Below, in pieces: positions 44,768 through 56,840 of a stretch of DNA of 64,000 bases. The DNA comes from an uncultured delta proteobacterium. Lineage in GTDB: Bacteria; Desulfobacterota; Syntrophobacteria; Syntrophobacterales; Syntrophobacteraceae. The notes beneath the pieces are model-generated. The model ran no database searches. It saw only the letters and a list, made by a program, of their open reading frames with translations, and was not told where the DNA came from. How positions within the stretch are numbered: position 1 is the stretch's first letter; each line of letters starts with the position of its first letter. The DNA lies in assembly GCA_963808625.1 (NCBI GenBank), contig CAWEHK010000008.1:32001-96000 (forward strand), read 5' to 3'. A program made the translations under genes and the position numbers.

Positions 44768-47601
44768 ATGCGCAAAAAAGTATCGGTTGGGATAGTTTTG
44801 GTTCTGCTCTTATGTGGTCTGGCTCCCCTGGCGCGGGCGTTCGAAATCCCGCAGCAGCCCCCTGCCCTTCCCTCTAACGTCAAGGAATCGGTGCAGAGGA
44901 CCCTTTCCTCGAAGCCCGGTGATACCTTCGTTGTGTTGAATAATGGCTTGACGGTACTGATTCGTTCTCATTCCGCAAGCGATGTCGTTTCCTCCCAGGT
45001 ATTTGTGCGGGCTGGTTCCGTATACGAGGGAAAATATCTGACGGCGGGAATTTCGCATTACCTCGAGCACGTGCTTTCCGGGGGCTCGACGCGCTCGTTT
45101 ACCGAAACGGAAGCGAAGGAGCGGCTCGAGCGTATCGGCGGCGCCACCAATGCCTCCACCTCCTTCGACCGCACCAATTATTACATCAACACCTCGAAAG
45201 CACACTGGAAGGAAGCCCTCGATCTCCTCCTTTCCTATGTCAGCGAGAGCACCCTCGACCCCCAACAGGTGGTGCGGGAGAAGGCCGTGATTCAGCAGGA
45301 GATCAAGATGGGTGAAAACGACCCCGGAAATCAACTGTGGAAGCTCTATATGAAGACGGCTTATCGTAGCAACCCTGCGCGCATTCCGGTGATTGGATAC
45401 GAAGAAGTCTTTGTCAAACTGGACCGCGACGCTCTCGAAGATTACTACCGCCAGCGCTACCAGCCCGAAAACATCGTCGTGGTTGTGGTCGGGAACGTTG
45501 AGCCGGGTGAGGTCCTCGAATTCATTTCCCAGAAAACCAGGGACTTCGCCCGCAGGGCCGACGCGCCGCTGGTGTTGCCGCCGGAACCCGAACAGGTGAG
45601 CCCGCGGTGGGAGGAGAAGGGACTCCCCCTGGCACGGTTGACTCAGGCCATACTTGGCTTTCCTTCCGTCACTCTTTACAGCAAAGACCTTTATGCTCTC
45701 GATGTGCTCGCCCTGCTGCTCGGTGAAGGGGAGACTTCGCGCCTCTCGTACCGCCTGAAGGACAGGGAAAACAAGGTCTTGAACGTAAGCGCCTCAAATT
45801 GGACCCCGTCTTTTGTCCAGGGTCAATTCGTGATTTCGCTCACGCTCGATCCGCCGAATTGGCCCGGTATCTTGGGACCAATCGAACAAGAGATCAATCG
45901 CCTCAAAAATGACCTGGTTGCTCCGGAAGAGCTCGAAAAGGCAAAAAAGCTCGTCCTCGCTCAGCATATCTTTGGCAAGGAGAGTGTCTCCGCTCTGGCC
46001 TCCTCGCTCGCTTCCTCCTATTTCGAAACGGGCGACCCCTACTTCGATGAAAAGTATGTGGAAGGGATCCGGAAGGTTTCGCGGGAAGACATCCGCGAGG
46101 TTGCCCGGCGCTATCTCCTGATGAATCGTTCGAACGTGGCGGTGATCAAACCGGAGGCACCGAAAGAGCCGGTCGCCCGCCTGGAAACAGCCCCGGAGGG
46201 ACCGCTGCAACCCCCGCCGTCGCGGTTCACGATCTGAAAAACGGCTTGAAGCTGCTGCTCAAGGGCGACGCCTCTCTTCCACTGGTGACCATCCAGCTTT
46301 ACGGGCTGGGCGGTTTGCTGCTTGAAGACCTGCAGCAGCCCGGGCTCTCCGCCTTCACCGCCTCACTCATGACGGCCGGGACGAAGACCAGAAGCAAACG
46401 CCAGATCGCCCAGGCCATCGAAGGCATCGGAGGAAGCATTGAAAGCAGAGCGGACAGCAACACTTACCACATCTCGATCAAGGTCTTGAAAGAGGACCTT
46501 GGGCTGGCGCTGGACATCCTGGCGGACATCGTCCAGAATGCCCAATTCCCCCAGGATGAAATCGAGAAGCGGCGGAAAGAAACCCTGCTCGCGATCAGGA
46601 AGCTCGACGAAAGCTGGCAGTTCGAAGTCATGCGCCTCTTCAAACAGAACTACTTCCAGCAGTCATCCTACAAGAATGATCGGCTGGGGACCCCCGAGTC
46701 GGTGCAGTCTTTCTCGAGAAATGACGTGCTGGCGTTCTATCGGCGCATGGTGAATCCCCATCACTCGGTCCTGGCAATTTACGGCGACCTGGACGAAAAG
46801 AAAACGCTCGAGACCTTGCAAAAGAAACTTGCGACCTGGAGCATGCCTGCCGTTACGCTCGGCGAGCAACCCGATGAAACCCGCCCGCTCAAGGCTGATC
46901 GCACGATCGAAAAGAAGAATGACAAGACCAGTTGCGCCCTTTTCATCGGCACCAACGGGATGAGCCTTGACGACCCTCGGCGGCCGGTCCTGGATGTTCT
47001 GGATGGCGTCCTTTCGGGCTCGGGTTACCCCGGCGGGCGCCTTTTTGAAGCGTTGCGCGGGGGCAAAGAGGACCTGGTTTACGTGGTCGGCGCCTTTCCC
47101 TTTTATGGCGTGAGAGCCGGCTACTTCGGGGTGATCACCCAGACCACCATGCAGAACCTCGACAAGGTGCAGGAGATTGTCCTCTCGAACCTCAAACGCC
47201 TTGCCGAAGAACCCGTCCCTGCCCAGGAACTGGAGAATGCCAAGGACATGATGCGCACGATGCACCAATTGGGGCTGGAGACCCTGGACGCCCAGGCCCG
47301 CAGCGCGGCGGTGAACGAAGTCCTCGGCCTCGGGTGGAATTACGACCAGAAGTATGTCTCGCTGATCGAAGTCGTAACGGTCGAGCAAATCCAGACCGTG
47401 GCCCGGGAGCTGTTCTCAAAAACCTTGATTACCCGCACCCTGCCCGAGCACCCGGTGGACGAAGCCGTGACGGCCGAAGAAATCCAGACCGTCGCCCGGG
47501 AGCTCTTCGCAAGAACCCTTACCGCACGGACTATCCCCGAGCACCCGGTAAGTATTCTGAACAATAAGGCCCCGTCGAAGAGCGACGTAGTGAATCAGTA
47601 A
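44768..47601 (+). CDS. M16-family (pitrilysin-like) zinc protease, exported (frameshift ~46233)
   Basis: Signal peptide, HYLEH (HxxEH), NASTS, two-lobe architecture. Confidence 0.88.
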
Positions 47602-47747
47602 CCACTGGCCGAATCCTTAAGCTGAGGGGAGCCTCTGCGATTGATCTATTTTGATTGCTGGCCGTTCATCGTTCATCTCATATTCATTCGGTTCGGCAGT
47701 TATATGAGCAGACGAGAGTCCAAAGTCAGGCCCAATGGTTTCCCTTC

Positions 47748-48713
47748 TCACGCTTTGATCTCTTTCGCCTCTGTCGGTTTGCAGGCTGCCATACAAATGT
47801 ACTCCAGGCCCTCGAAAACATAGCGGGCTATCTCTTCTCTTCGCAGCAGATCGGCAAGGGTGCGGTGCAAGTCTTCCAGGGGCACACCAAGAGACGCAGC
47901 CATTTCTTCGACGGTGCAGGGGCGTCTCCGCACCATGTGCATGATCCGGTGGTCGGTGTTAAGGTCTCGCTCCATGCCACGAAAACCCTTGAAGCGTCCG
48001 ATGATCTCCGTGCTGCCGGCAGGGAAAAGCTCCCGCACTGTCTCCATCTCCGCTGACGAAAGCCCCCGGCAACAGGGATCGGCCGGCGGACGCACCACGG
48101 TGTTGAGTTCGACCTGATCAGGATGCAGGAGGTCGATTAGCGGGCGCATTTTCTTCAGTTCATCAGGGTGATCGTTGAAGCCGGAAACGAGCATGACCTC
48201 GAGGTGAAATTGCCCCCGATAGTCCTTGCGAAATGCCTTCAAACCTTCAAGGATTACCTCGAGATCGAGGCTCGGATGGGGCCGGTTCAGGCTCCGGAAA
48301 ACGGCTTCCGTAACCGCATCCAGGGAAGGCACCACGCGGTCGGCAGCCAGCAGGGCCTCGCGCACCCTCGAGTCCCAGAGCAGCGAGCCATTGGTGAGCA
48401 CCACGAGCGGCAGTGACGGGAAGTGCTTCTTAATCACCTGGATGAGCTCGTCCATAGGTTCATACAGGGTGGGTTCGCCGGCGCTGGAGAAGGTCAGTAC
48501 GTCAGCACTGTCAGGAAAATCCCGGAAATAGGCCAGTAAATCCTCGATCACCCTATCAGGATAAACAAAAGCCTGCCTCTTCACGGTAAGGTGCGTGGTG
48601 GGGCCGGACTCGCAGTAAACGCAATCATAACTGCAGGTCTTGGGAGGAATTACGTCAATCCCGAGGGACCGACCGAGGCGGCGTGATGGCACCGGCCCAA
48701 AAATTAATGACAT
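47748..48713 (-). CDS. Radical SAM protein, copy A
   Basis: [36 protein letters not shown]. Confidence 0.9.
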   Translation of the reverse strand: MSLIFGPVPSRRLGRSLGIDVIPPKTCSYDCVYCESGPTTHLTVKRQAFVYPDRVIEDLLAYFRDFPDSADVLTFSSAGEPTLYEPMDELIQVIKKHFPSLPLVVLTNGSLLWDSRVREALLAADRVVPSLDAVTEAVFRSLNRPHPSLDLEVILEGLKAFRKDYRGQFHLEVMLVSGFNDHPDELKKMRPLIDLLHPDQVELNTVVRPPADPCCRGLSSAEMETVRELFPAGSTEIIGRFKGFRGMERDLNTDHRIMHMVRRRPCTVEEMAASLGVPLEDLHRTLADLLRREEIARYVFEGLEYICMAACKPTEAKEIKA

Positions 48714-48763
48714 ACGACCACCTTCGTTCATCTTTGGACTAAGCAACTTTGTCGATAGGTAAT

Positions 48764-49729
48764 TTATTGGACAATTCCGACGCGAGAAAGGAGATTCTCA
48801 CGGAAATCCTTAGACTCTTCGGATTTTCCATCAGCAATCAGATCGATATGGTAGAACCTATCCGTGGTAGGAGATTCTTTTCTCGCCAATTCCACATTCA
48901 GATCGGTCACACCGACCATCGTCCAGCACTCGACATAACCATCCTTGCGAGCCTTTTGGTGGCTCTTCTCCGCTTCGCCAATTCTATTGTGGATATTCGA
49001 GTAGTCTTTCCCGCCCTTGATCTCAATTGCCACCAGATTGTGGAATCTACCTGAGGGCAGCTCTTCCCTGATGCATATGTCCGGATCATTTGCAAATTCG
49101 ACCCTGACAATGCGGCCGGCCGCGTTTTGAAGTTTGAAATATTTCTGAGTGCTCGACACTACGGCAGGAGCAACCATGGAGTCTATTAAGTCAAATACGC
49201 GCCGCGTTGCTCGACTCCCATACAGGTTCAAAACGCCGCCTCGAAGCTGTGGACCGAGAGTGAGCAGCGTGAGTTCATGCACTGAATTTTGTGACAAATG
49301 GCCGGTCCCGGCAACGAGAAGCTCGGCACTGGCGCAAAGCGCTCGACAGAGCTCATACAAATGGTCTCCGTGGTTGGCCGTGAGCCGTCCCTTGTCTTCC
49401 ATCGATTTGAAAGGAGCAAATCCATACCGCTCACCGTAGAATTGCTTCTGGGAAAACCCCAGCAGCAGGCGATAGTATCCCAATAACCTGGGCTGACTTC
49501 TGAGGACATAGGGCACAGCAAAGATGATCTCGCCTCGGAGCCCCCAGCTTGCCAGCCTTTGCAGAGCTGAACCGGGCACCAGATCACCAAGTTCTTTGTC
49601 GATGTCGGGGATCGACAGGTTCGAGACTGCGGAAAGTAAAGCGTCAAGGAGATATATTTCCCGGACTTGCATCAGCCGATGGAAAAACTCCACTTGCAGA
49701 TCAGGTTCCGGGATCTTAAATAGCTTCAA
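48764..49729 (-). CDS. Type II restriction endonuclease, XcyI/Cfr9I-like
   Basis: PD..I....LVAIEIKGG.D.SNIHNRIGEAEKSHQKA; LLGYYRLLLG.SQK.FY. Confidence 0.8.
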   Translation of the reverse strand: MKLFKIPEPDLQVEFFHRLMQVREIYLLDALLSAVSNLSIPDIDKELGDLVPGSALQRLASWGLRGEIIFAVPYVLRSQPRLLGYYRLLLGFSQKQFYGERYGFAPFKSMEDKGRLTANHGDHLYELCRALCASAELLVAGTGHLSQNSVHELTLLTLGPQLRGGVLNLYGSRATRRVFDLIDSMVAPAVVSSTQKYFKLQNAAGRIVRVEFANDPDICIREELPSGRFHNLVAIEIKGGKDYSNIHNRIGEAEKSHQKARKDGYVECWTMVGVTDLNVELARKESPTTDRFYHIDLIADGKSEESKDFRENLLSRVGIVQ

Positions 49730-50601
49730 TTCATTCGCTCCCTGTCATGGGTGAATAGCAACAGCTGGGTACTTTGAATCCGTTTGACAGCAAGCTGAAC
49801 ATATTCAGGATTGAGTTCTATGCCCACATATTTCCGGCGCTGTTGCTCGCACACAGCTCCCACTGTACCCGACCCAAAGAACGGATCGATGACCCAATCG
49901 CCAGGCTGAGATCCAGCCAAAATGCAGGGTTCGACCAGCTTGGGCGGAAAGGTCGCAAAGTGGGCTCCCAGAAAAGGCTCCGTTGGAATGGACCAGACGG
50001 TGCGCCGGTTTCTCCCGTTTGGTTCCGTGACATTTTTAAAATTATAATAATATTTCGAAGACTTGGTCAGAAGAAATACATATTCATGAGCCCGGGTTGG
50101 TCGGTCCCTGACGCTTTCCGGCATGCAGTTGGGTTTCTCCCAGATGATATCACTACGGAGATACCACCCAGCTTCCTGAAGGGCAAAGGCAAGACGCCAG
50201 GGAATTCCCACGAGATCTTTGGGTTTCAGACCCTCAGGAGTTGGTGCCCGGTAGGACATTGCCCGGATTGGATTCTTCTTGTCAGGTGCCCGGTATGCCC
50301 TGTTACCGCTCGTATAGGAATCGCCTATATTTAGCCATAGCGAACCATCCTCCGTGAGGATGCGGCGAACCTCTTCAAAAACCGCGACCAGATGCTGAAT
50401 ATAGCTTGCAGGTTCTTCCTCCGCGCCGATTTGCCCCTCAGCGCCATAATCCCTTAGGCCCCAGTAGGGTGGAGAGGTGACACAGCATCTGAAAAAATTT
50501 GCTGGAAACGACTTGAGTAAGAGTTGCGCATCACCCAAGAGTATTGTGGACTCTTTGAGGCCAGCTATGTCCTGCCTACCGGGTTCACACACGACTTTCA
50601 T
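49726..50601 (-). CDS. N4-cytosine DNA methyltransferase (beta class)
   Basis: TSPPYW, HFATFP, DPFFGSGT; overlaps the REase start. Confidence 0.9.
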   Translation of the reverse strand: MKVVCEPGRQDIAGLKESTILLGDAQLLLKSFPANFFRCCVTSPPYWGLRDYGAEGQIGAEEEPASYIQHLVAVFEEVRRILTEDGSLWLNIGDSYTSGNRAYRAPDKKNPIRAMSYRAPTPEGLKPKDLVGIPWRLAFALQEAGWYLRSDIIWEKPNCMPESVRDRPTRAHEYVFLLTKSSKYYYNFKNVTEPNGRNRRTVWSIPTEPFLGAHFATFPPKLVEPCILAGSQPGDWVIDPFFGSGTVGAVCEQQRRKYVGIELNPEYVQLAVKRIQSTQLLLFTHDRERMN

Positions 50602-50708
50602 ACATTAAGCCATTCTGGTTTGGTTTGGAGAGCCTAAGCTCACCAAATGAGGCAAACCGTTCAATCTCGGTGCTTTCGGAAGCGGCAAGGAACACATCAT
50701 CCCCGGTT

Positions 50709-50777
50709 GTCATTTCCGCGTGCTTTTTAGCGGGAATCCAGCAAAAAAGACTGGATGCCCGCCTTTGAGGGCATGGC
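50709..50777. repeat. REP-like palindrome
   Basis: GTCATTTCCGCGTGCTTTTTAGCGGGAATCCAG..CTGGATGCCC; same family as 5434-5515. Confidence 0.6.
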
Positions 50778-50816
50778 GGGTGGGGAGTACGAACACTCCT
50801 CTACGAGGCAATGTGC

Positions 50817-51017
50817 TTAGCCGCCCAGAGCTTCTGTCTCGGTGCTGCTCAGGTAGGACAGGATTTCCTGTTCTCGTTGCTGCAGTTCGATGAGGATCGG
50901 GGCAGACAGCAACTTGTACTCGTGCGGGCCATGGACTTTGCGGGCCGCCACCAGGACGCGCTGTAGATTGTCGACAGCTGCTAGCGCTAACTGGAGTTGT
51001 TGGTCATTGTGAATCAT
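50817..51017 (-). CDS. Small hypothetical protein
   Basis: 66 aa MIHNDQQLQ.., GGAGG RBS, ATGA overlap with the upstream gene. Confidence 0.65.
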   Translation of the reverse strand: MIHNDQQLQLALAAVDNLQRVLVAARKVHGPHEYKLLSAPILIELQQREQEILSYLSSTETEALGG

Positions 51018-51450
51018 GATAAGATAACCTCCACAATACCCCTCCGTTTGAAATCCTTTGCCGTTTGGTATGTGTCCAACCAGATATGCAGTACCTCTGA
51101 TCCGATGGAGGCTTTTGTCCAAGACACGTCAGCCTGAAAACGGAGTCGCGCTTGAACATGGTCAAATAAGATGTCCATCGGTGCCGATACGGCCTCGACG
51201 GTAAACTCCGCGCTCATCACGAGCAATACATCGAGATCGTTTGGGACCTCCTTGCTGGTGACAAAGCTGCCCCACAGAAACACGCGGGCAAGATGTCCCG
51301 TGGAGCTCGCCAGACCCAAGAGGGTGCGCAACTGTTCCCCCAACCATTGCCGACGTGCAGAGGGGGTGGTGAACCGGGCAAAGACCTCGTTTTTGTAGCA
51401 AGGTGAATGCCCTCCGGTAAATTACCTTCGTTGTCAAATGCTGGAAGCAT
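51014..51450 (-). CDS. Nucleotidyltransferase-fold protein (DUF6932-like; frameshift ~51390)
   Basis: MLPAFD..GNLPEGIH, FLWGSFVT.K..PNDLD, RGIVEV. Confidence 0.65.
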
Positions 51451-51570
51451 GGCCTATGTCACTCCCACAGTGGTCATGCAAGTGTATGCATGCAACTCGT
51501 GTTGATTCGGCGACATTGTACCCTTTTACCTCTGATTTTGATAGTGTTCTTGGCAGGTAATCAAGCCGTC

Positions 51571-52688
51571 TCATTTCCCCATCTTACCGTCCCGTGCGCT
51601 GCTTGCTGCCGGATTGGATTCCGTCACAGCTTTCGCAGTTCTTCTTGCAGAGCGCGCAGTTGTTGGTTGCCGGTCTTCACCCTGGTGAAGAGGGATACCC
51701 TTCGTATGGACAATCGTAGGAAGCATTGATTCTGTCTCCATTGCCTCTGCCGGTAGGCAATCTGCGATGCAAATGTATTCAAAGCCTTCGAAAACGCAGC
51801 GGGTGATCTCTTCTCTTCGAAGTAGGTCGGACAGGGTGCGCTGCAAGTCTTCCAATGGCACGCCCAGGGACGCCGCCATCTCCTCGACCGTGCAGGGGCG
51901 TCTCCTCACCATGTCTATAATCCGCTGGTTGGTGTTAAGGTCTCGCTCCATGCCACGAAAACCTTTGAAGCGCCCGATGATCTCCGTGCTGCCGGCAGGA
52001 AAAAACTTACGCACTGCCTCCATCCCGGCTGACGAAAGTCCCTGGCAACAGGGATCGGCCGGCGGGCGCACCACGGTGTTGAGCTCCACTTGATCAGGAT
52101 GCAGGAGGTCGATAAGCGGACGCATCTTTTTCAGTTCATCAGGGTAATCGTTGAAACCCGAAACAAGCATGACTTCAAGGTGAAATTGCCCCCGATAGTC
52201 TCTGCGAAACGCCTTCAAACCTTCGAGGATTACCTCGAGATCGAGGTCCGGATGGGGCCGGTTCAGGCTCCGAAAAACCGCTTCCGTAACCGCATCCAGG
52301 GAAGGCACCACGCGGTCGGCAGCAAGGAGTGCCTCGCGCACCCTGGAATCCCAGAGCAGCGAGCCATTGGTGAGCACCACGAGCGGCAGTGACCGGAAAT
52401 GCCTCTTAATCACCCGGATGAGCTCGCCCAGAGGTTCATACAGGGTGGGTTCGCCGGCGCTGGAAAGAGTCAGCACGTCAGCGCTGTCGGGAAAATCCCG
52501 AAAATAGGCCTGAAGATCCGCGATGACCCGGTTGGGATCAATGAAAGCCTGCCGCTTGACCGTAAGATGCGTCGTAGGTCCGGACTCGCAGTAAACCAAT
52601 CGTAACTGCACGTCTTGGGAGGAATCACATCGATCCCGAGTGATCGCCCGAGGCGGCGTGACGGCACCGGCCCAAAAATCGTTCTCAT
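51571..52688 (-). CDS. Radical SAM protein, copy B (frameshift ~52600)
   Basis: Highly similar to 47748-48713 along its length. Confidence 0.88.
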
Positions 52689-52887
52689 ATCGTTTTTCCC
52701 AGTCCTTGCAGTGGCCTCATTCGAAACAGGATCCTGAACTACAAGAAGGTTTCCACAGGCCGTCGTGACTTGCAGGGCCGCCTTTCGAGCCTGCGTTTTG
52801 GCCAGTTTGGCATGGCAGGCTGGAAAGCCTGCCCCACACGCTTGGCGCGCTGTCAGTGTTTTGTTGCAGCACCAAGAATTGCAGAAA

Positions 52888-52916
52888 ATTATATAGCCTC
52901 ATGCCAACATTGTCAA
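52888..52916 (-). promoter_or_regulatory. Consensus sigma70 promoter
   Basis: Minus strand TTGACA-N17-TATAAT. Confidence 0.75.
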
Positions 52917-53237
52917 AATGCCACCGAATCGTAAATCTTGCCGCCTTCTCTTTCCCCTTTTATCCTTGCCAAGATTATCCGGGATACAGTAATTTTCAAC
53001 TCAGCGGCCAATGACTCCCTGTCAGTGACCGGATGGATAAGAAATTCCAATGCACTCGAGGATACTCATGCGCCCGGAAGGGACGATGCCGATCCCTTCT
53101 CTTTGATGGCTCATATGCGAATGACACCAGGCAACGCGGTCTTTTTGAGATGATGGGAAGGGACCCAGAAACGAGGCCTGCTGAAGAGCTTCGAATATTA
53201 TTCACGATTGAAACCATACACTCAACTGGAGGCAACA

Positions 53238-54911
53238 ATGCGCAGTGATTTAATGAAAAAAGGGATTGAGAAGGCCCCTCACCGCTCTCTCTTCAAAGCC
53301 ATGGGCTACACGCAGGACGAGCTTGACCGGCCGCTCATCGGCGTCGCCAATTCTGCCAACGAGATCATTCCCGGGCACATCCATCTCGACAAGGTGAGCG
53401 AAGCGGTAAAAGCCGGGATCCGTCTTGCCGGAGGGACCCCGATCGAATTCAGCACCATTGGGGTGTGTGACGGCATCGCCATGAATCATCAGGGCATGCG
53501 CTATTCGCTGGCAAGCAGGGAACTGATTGCGGACTCGGTTGAAATCATGGCCATGGCTCATCCCTTCGACGGGTTGGTCCTCATTCCCAACTGCGATAAG
53601 ATTATCCCGGGAATGCTGATGGCCGCCATGCGGCTCAACATTCCATCCATTGTCGTGAGCGGTGGTCCCATGATGGCCGGGCGTGCCGGGGGCAAAGCCG
53701 TGGACCTGGTGACCGTCTTCGAGGCGGTGGGCTCATTCAAATCCGGAAAAATTAACGCCGATCAACTCTTGGAACTCGAGGATTACGCCTGTCCCGGATG
53801 CGGCTCCTGTGCCGGCATGTTCACCGCGAACTCCATGAATTGCCTTACCGAGGCTCTGGGTATGGGCCTTCCCGGCAATGGTACGATCCCCGCCGTCACG
53901 GCCGCCCGGATCCGTTTGGCGAAGGTGGCCGGAATGAGGATTTTGGAACTGGTGCATCACAACCTCTGTCCGCGTGATATCGCCACCAATGAAGCCTTCG
54001 AAAATGCCATCGCGGTGGATATGGCGCTCGGGTGCTCCACCAACACCGTGCTTCACGTTCCTGCCATCGCCCACGAAGCAGGGATTGATCTCAATCTGGA
54101 GACCTTCAACCGGATCAGCGCCCGCACCCCTCACCTTTGCAGCCTGCGGCCCTCGGGCGCCCATTTCCTCGAAGATTTGAATGCTGCCGGAGGCGTGCAC
54201 GCGGTCATGAATGAACTCGCTGCTGGAAATCTTATCAATTTGAATGCCATGACCGTCACGGGCAAGACTGTGGGTGACAACCTCAAGGGATTCCCCGTTC
54301 TCGATCGCGATGTCATTCGCTCCCTTGACCAACCCTATCACCGTGAGGGCGGAATCGCCGTTCTGTATGGTAACCTGGCCCCGGAAGGCGCCGTCGTCAA
54401 GCAGTCCGCCGTCGCTCCCGAGATGCTCCAGCGGACCTGCCGGGCACGCGTATTTGAGAGCGAGTCCGAGGCGGCAACGGCTATCCTTGATGGGGTCATC
54501 AAGCCCGGAGATGTGGTCGTGATTCGCTACGAAGGACCCAAGGGCGGCCCCGGTATGCAGGAAATGCTCACCCCCACAGCCGCTCTCATCGGTATGGGTC
54601 TGGGCAAAGAAGCCGCCCTCATCACCGACGGCCGCTTCAGCGGCGGGACTCACGGGGCCGCGATCGGGCACGTGTCGCCGGAAGCCGCAGTGGGCGGGCC
54701 CATAGCCCTGGTCAAAGAAGGAGATACAATTGTCATCGACATTCCGAACAAGAAACTCGAACTGCGCGTCGATGCGGCCACTCTCCAGCAGCGCCGCGAC
54801 CAATGGACCGCTCCCGCTCCCCGCATCAAGGAGGGCTATCTGGCTCGCTACGCTCATCTGGTGACTTCCGGTTCCCGGGGTGCTATTCTTGAATGGAGTG
54901 ACAAGAAGTAG
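53238..54911 (+). CDS. ilvD: Dihydroxy-acid dehydratase
   Basis: [39 protein letters not shown]. Confidence 0.97.
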   Translation: MRSDLMKKGIEKAPHRSLFKAMGYTQDELDRPLIGVANSANEIIPGHIHLDKVSEAVKAGIRLAGGTPIEFSTIGVCDGIAMNHQGMRYSLASRELIADSVEIMAMAHPFDGLVLIPNCDKIIPGMLMAAMRLNIPSIVVSGGPMMAGRAGGKAVDLVTVFEAVGSFKSGKINADQLLELEDYACPGCGSCAGMFTANSMNCLTEALGMGLPGNGTIPAVTAARIRLAKVAGMRILELVHHNLCPRDIATNEAFENAIAVDMALGCSTNTVLHVPAIAHEAGIDLNLETFNRISARTPHLCSLRPSGAHFLEDLNAAGGVHAVMNELAAGNLINLNAMTVTGKTVGDNLKGFPVLDRDVIRSLDQPYHREGGIAVLYGNLAPEGAVVKQSAVAPEMLQRTCRARVFESESEAATAILDGVIKPGDVVVIRYEGPKGGPGMQEMLTPTAALIGMGLGKEAALITDGRFSGGTHGAAIGHVSPEAAVGGPIALVKEGDTIVIDIPNKKLELRVDAATLQQRRDQWTAPAPRIKEGYLARYAHLVTSGSRGAILEWSDKK

Positions 54912-54926
54912 CCGAGGATAGATCCC

Positions 54927-55745
54927 GTGGGCTATGTCTTCCAGTTTGAAGATGCTCTGCGCTACGACGACTGGTTCACCTCTGAGCCGGGGCGCACCGC
55001 GGCCGCTATCGAGCAGGACCTGCTCTCGCGGTTGTGGGCGCCCAAGGCGCCCCAGAGTGTCCTCGAGGTCGGTTGTGGCACCGGGCTTTTTCTGGAATGG
55101 TTCGTGCGCATGGGGCATCAGGTTACCGGCCTGGATCCCTCGCCTTACATGCTCAATGTTGCGCGCCGCCTCGCCCCGGAGCGCGTGGCTCTGGATCGGG
55201 GGTTCGCAGAGGAGTTGCCGTACGAAGACAACGCCTTTGACACGGTGGCGCTGATTACCGCTCTGGAGTTTGTGAACGACCCCCATCTGGCGCTCCAGGA
55301 AGCCTTGCGAGTGGCGCGGCGACAGGTGCTCCTGGGGGTGCTGAACAAATATTCGGTAACCACATGGCAGCATTGTTGGGGGAGGCTCTGGCGGCCTTCC
55401 ATTTACAGTCATGCACACTTCTTCAGCATCTCTCAACTCCGGCGCATGGTCACCGAGGTCCTCAGCGGGGCGGTTCCAATTCAGTGGCGTACATGCCTCT
55501 TTTTCCCTGTACGCTGGTTGCGTTATCTCCACTTCCTCGAATGTTCCCGGTTGCTCCATCGGCTTCCCTTCGGTCATTTCATAGGAATGCGGATTGACCT
55601 GCGCTATCCCCTCAGGACGGTGCAGCAACCGGTATTGTGCAAAATCGGCTCCGGAGTTGGACAGACGCAACTCCGCACGCCCTGTTGGCGAGGTCCGGGA
55701 GGAGAAGGCCGCAACCAGAATTCTTTGCCCTCGCCTGATGATTGA
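54927..55745 (+). CDS. Class I SAM-dependent methyltransferase
   Basis: VLEVGCGTG, GLDPS, AEELPY. Confidence 0.85.
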   Translation: MGYVFQFEDALRYDDWFTSEPGRTAAAIEQDLLSRLWAPKAPQSVLEVGCGTGLFLEWFVRMGHQVTGLDPSPYMLNVARRLAPERVALDRGFAEELPYEDNAFDTVALITALEFVNDPHLALQEALRVARRQVLLGVLNKYSVTTWQHCWGRLWRPSIYSHAHFFSISQLRRMVTEVLSGAVPIQWRTCLFFPVRWLRYLHFLECSRLLHRLPFGHFIGMRIDLRYPLRTVQQPVLCKIGSGVGQTQLRTPCWRGPGGEGRNQNSLPSPDD

Positions 55746-55777
55746 TGGTTGATGGTTGATAGTTGATGGTTGATGGT
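55743..55777. repeat. Heptamer tandem repeat (TGATGGT)n
   Basis: About 5 units; another heptamer tract lies at 20224-20253. Confidence 0.8.
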
Positions 55778-55823
55778 GGGCATCGGGAAAGGGCGAAACG
55801 TTCATGCCCAAAGGAACCACAAC

Positions 55824-56835
55824 ATGAAAGAGGCGATGTTTTACAGAAAACTGGACGGCGGCGAGGTCGCATGCTTTCTTTGTGCTCAGTTCTGCCGGAT
55901 AGAACCTGGGAAACGAGGTCAATGCGGAGTGCGTGAAAACCGTGACGGTACCCTCCTGACCCTGGTCTACGGGAGGCTCATCGCCCAGAATGTGGACCCG
56001 ATTGAAAAGAAGCCGTTGTATCACTTCTACCCGGCACCCGAAGCTATTCGATTGCCACAGTAGGGTGCAATTTCCGCTGTCTTTTCTGTCAGAATGCCGA
56101 CATCTCGCAGGCGCCGCGAGAGTACAAGGCTATTTTCGGACACGATATCCGTCCGGAGGACGTGGTCGCTCAGGCTCGAAACACCCATTGTAAAACCATC
56201 TCCTATACCTACACCGAACCCACGGTGTTTATGGAATATGCTCTTGACGTTGCCAGGAAGGCCCACGCGGTGGGCATTCGGAATGTTTTTGTGAGCAACG
56301 GGTACATGACCAGGGAGGCCATGGAGGCCATCGGCCCCTATTTGGATGCGGCCAATGTCGATCTCAAAGCCTACTCCGACCACTTCTATTCCGAACAGTG
56401 CGGGGCCCACCTCAAACCGGTACTCAAGACTCTTGAGGAAATGAAAAAAAGGGACATCTGGCTCGAGGTCACCACCCTCCTCATTCCAGGCCTTAATGAC
56501 CGTCCCGATGAATTGCGACAACTGGCAGTATTCCTGGCCTCGTTAACCCGGAAATTCCGTGGCACATAAGCCGCTTCCATCCCACGTATCGTCTTACCGA
56601 TCGCCCAGCCACCCCCGTGGAAACCTTGCACATGGCCCGTGACATCGGCTACGAGGCCGGCCTGCACTATGTCTATACCGGCAATGTAACGGGCGACGAC
56701 GGGGAAAACACCTATTGTCATCAATGCAAGCGCCTGCTCGTCGAGCGTTTCGGTTTTTCCATCCAGAGGCGGGGGCTTACGGAGGGAAGGTGCACCCAAT
56801 GTGGGACCCCGCTGCGCGGGGTTGCGATCGGCTGA
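55824..56835 (+). CDS. amrS: AmmeMemoRadiSam system radical SAM enzyme (frameshifts ~56035 and ~56545)
   Basis: C..C...C, DPIEKKPLYHF, CNFRCLFC, YTYTEP, NVDLK, WLEVTTL, YTGNV. Confidence 0.85.
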
Positions 56836-56840
56836 CGACG

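Noticed and set aside
46230..46250. TGA in the M16 protease as selenocysteine or readthrough
   Set aside because: The downstream half (LKNGLKLL) is in a different frame, so this is an indel and not an in-frame stop
53733..56024. 763-aa minus-strand ORF, and similar long ORFs at 12641-13777 and 18717-19805
   Set aside because: Antisense shadows of well-supported genes in GC-rich DNA
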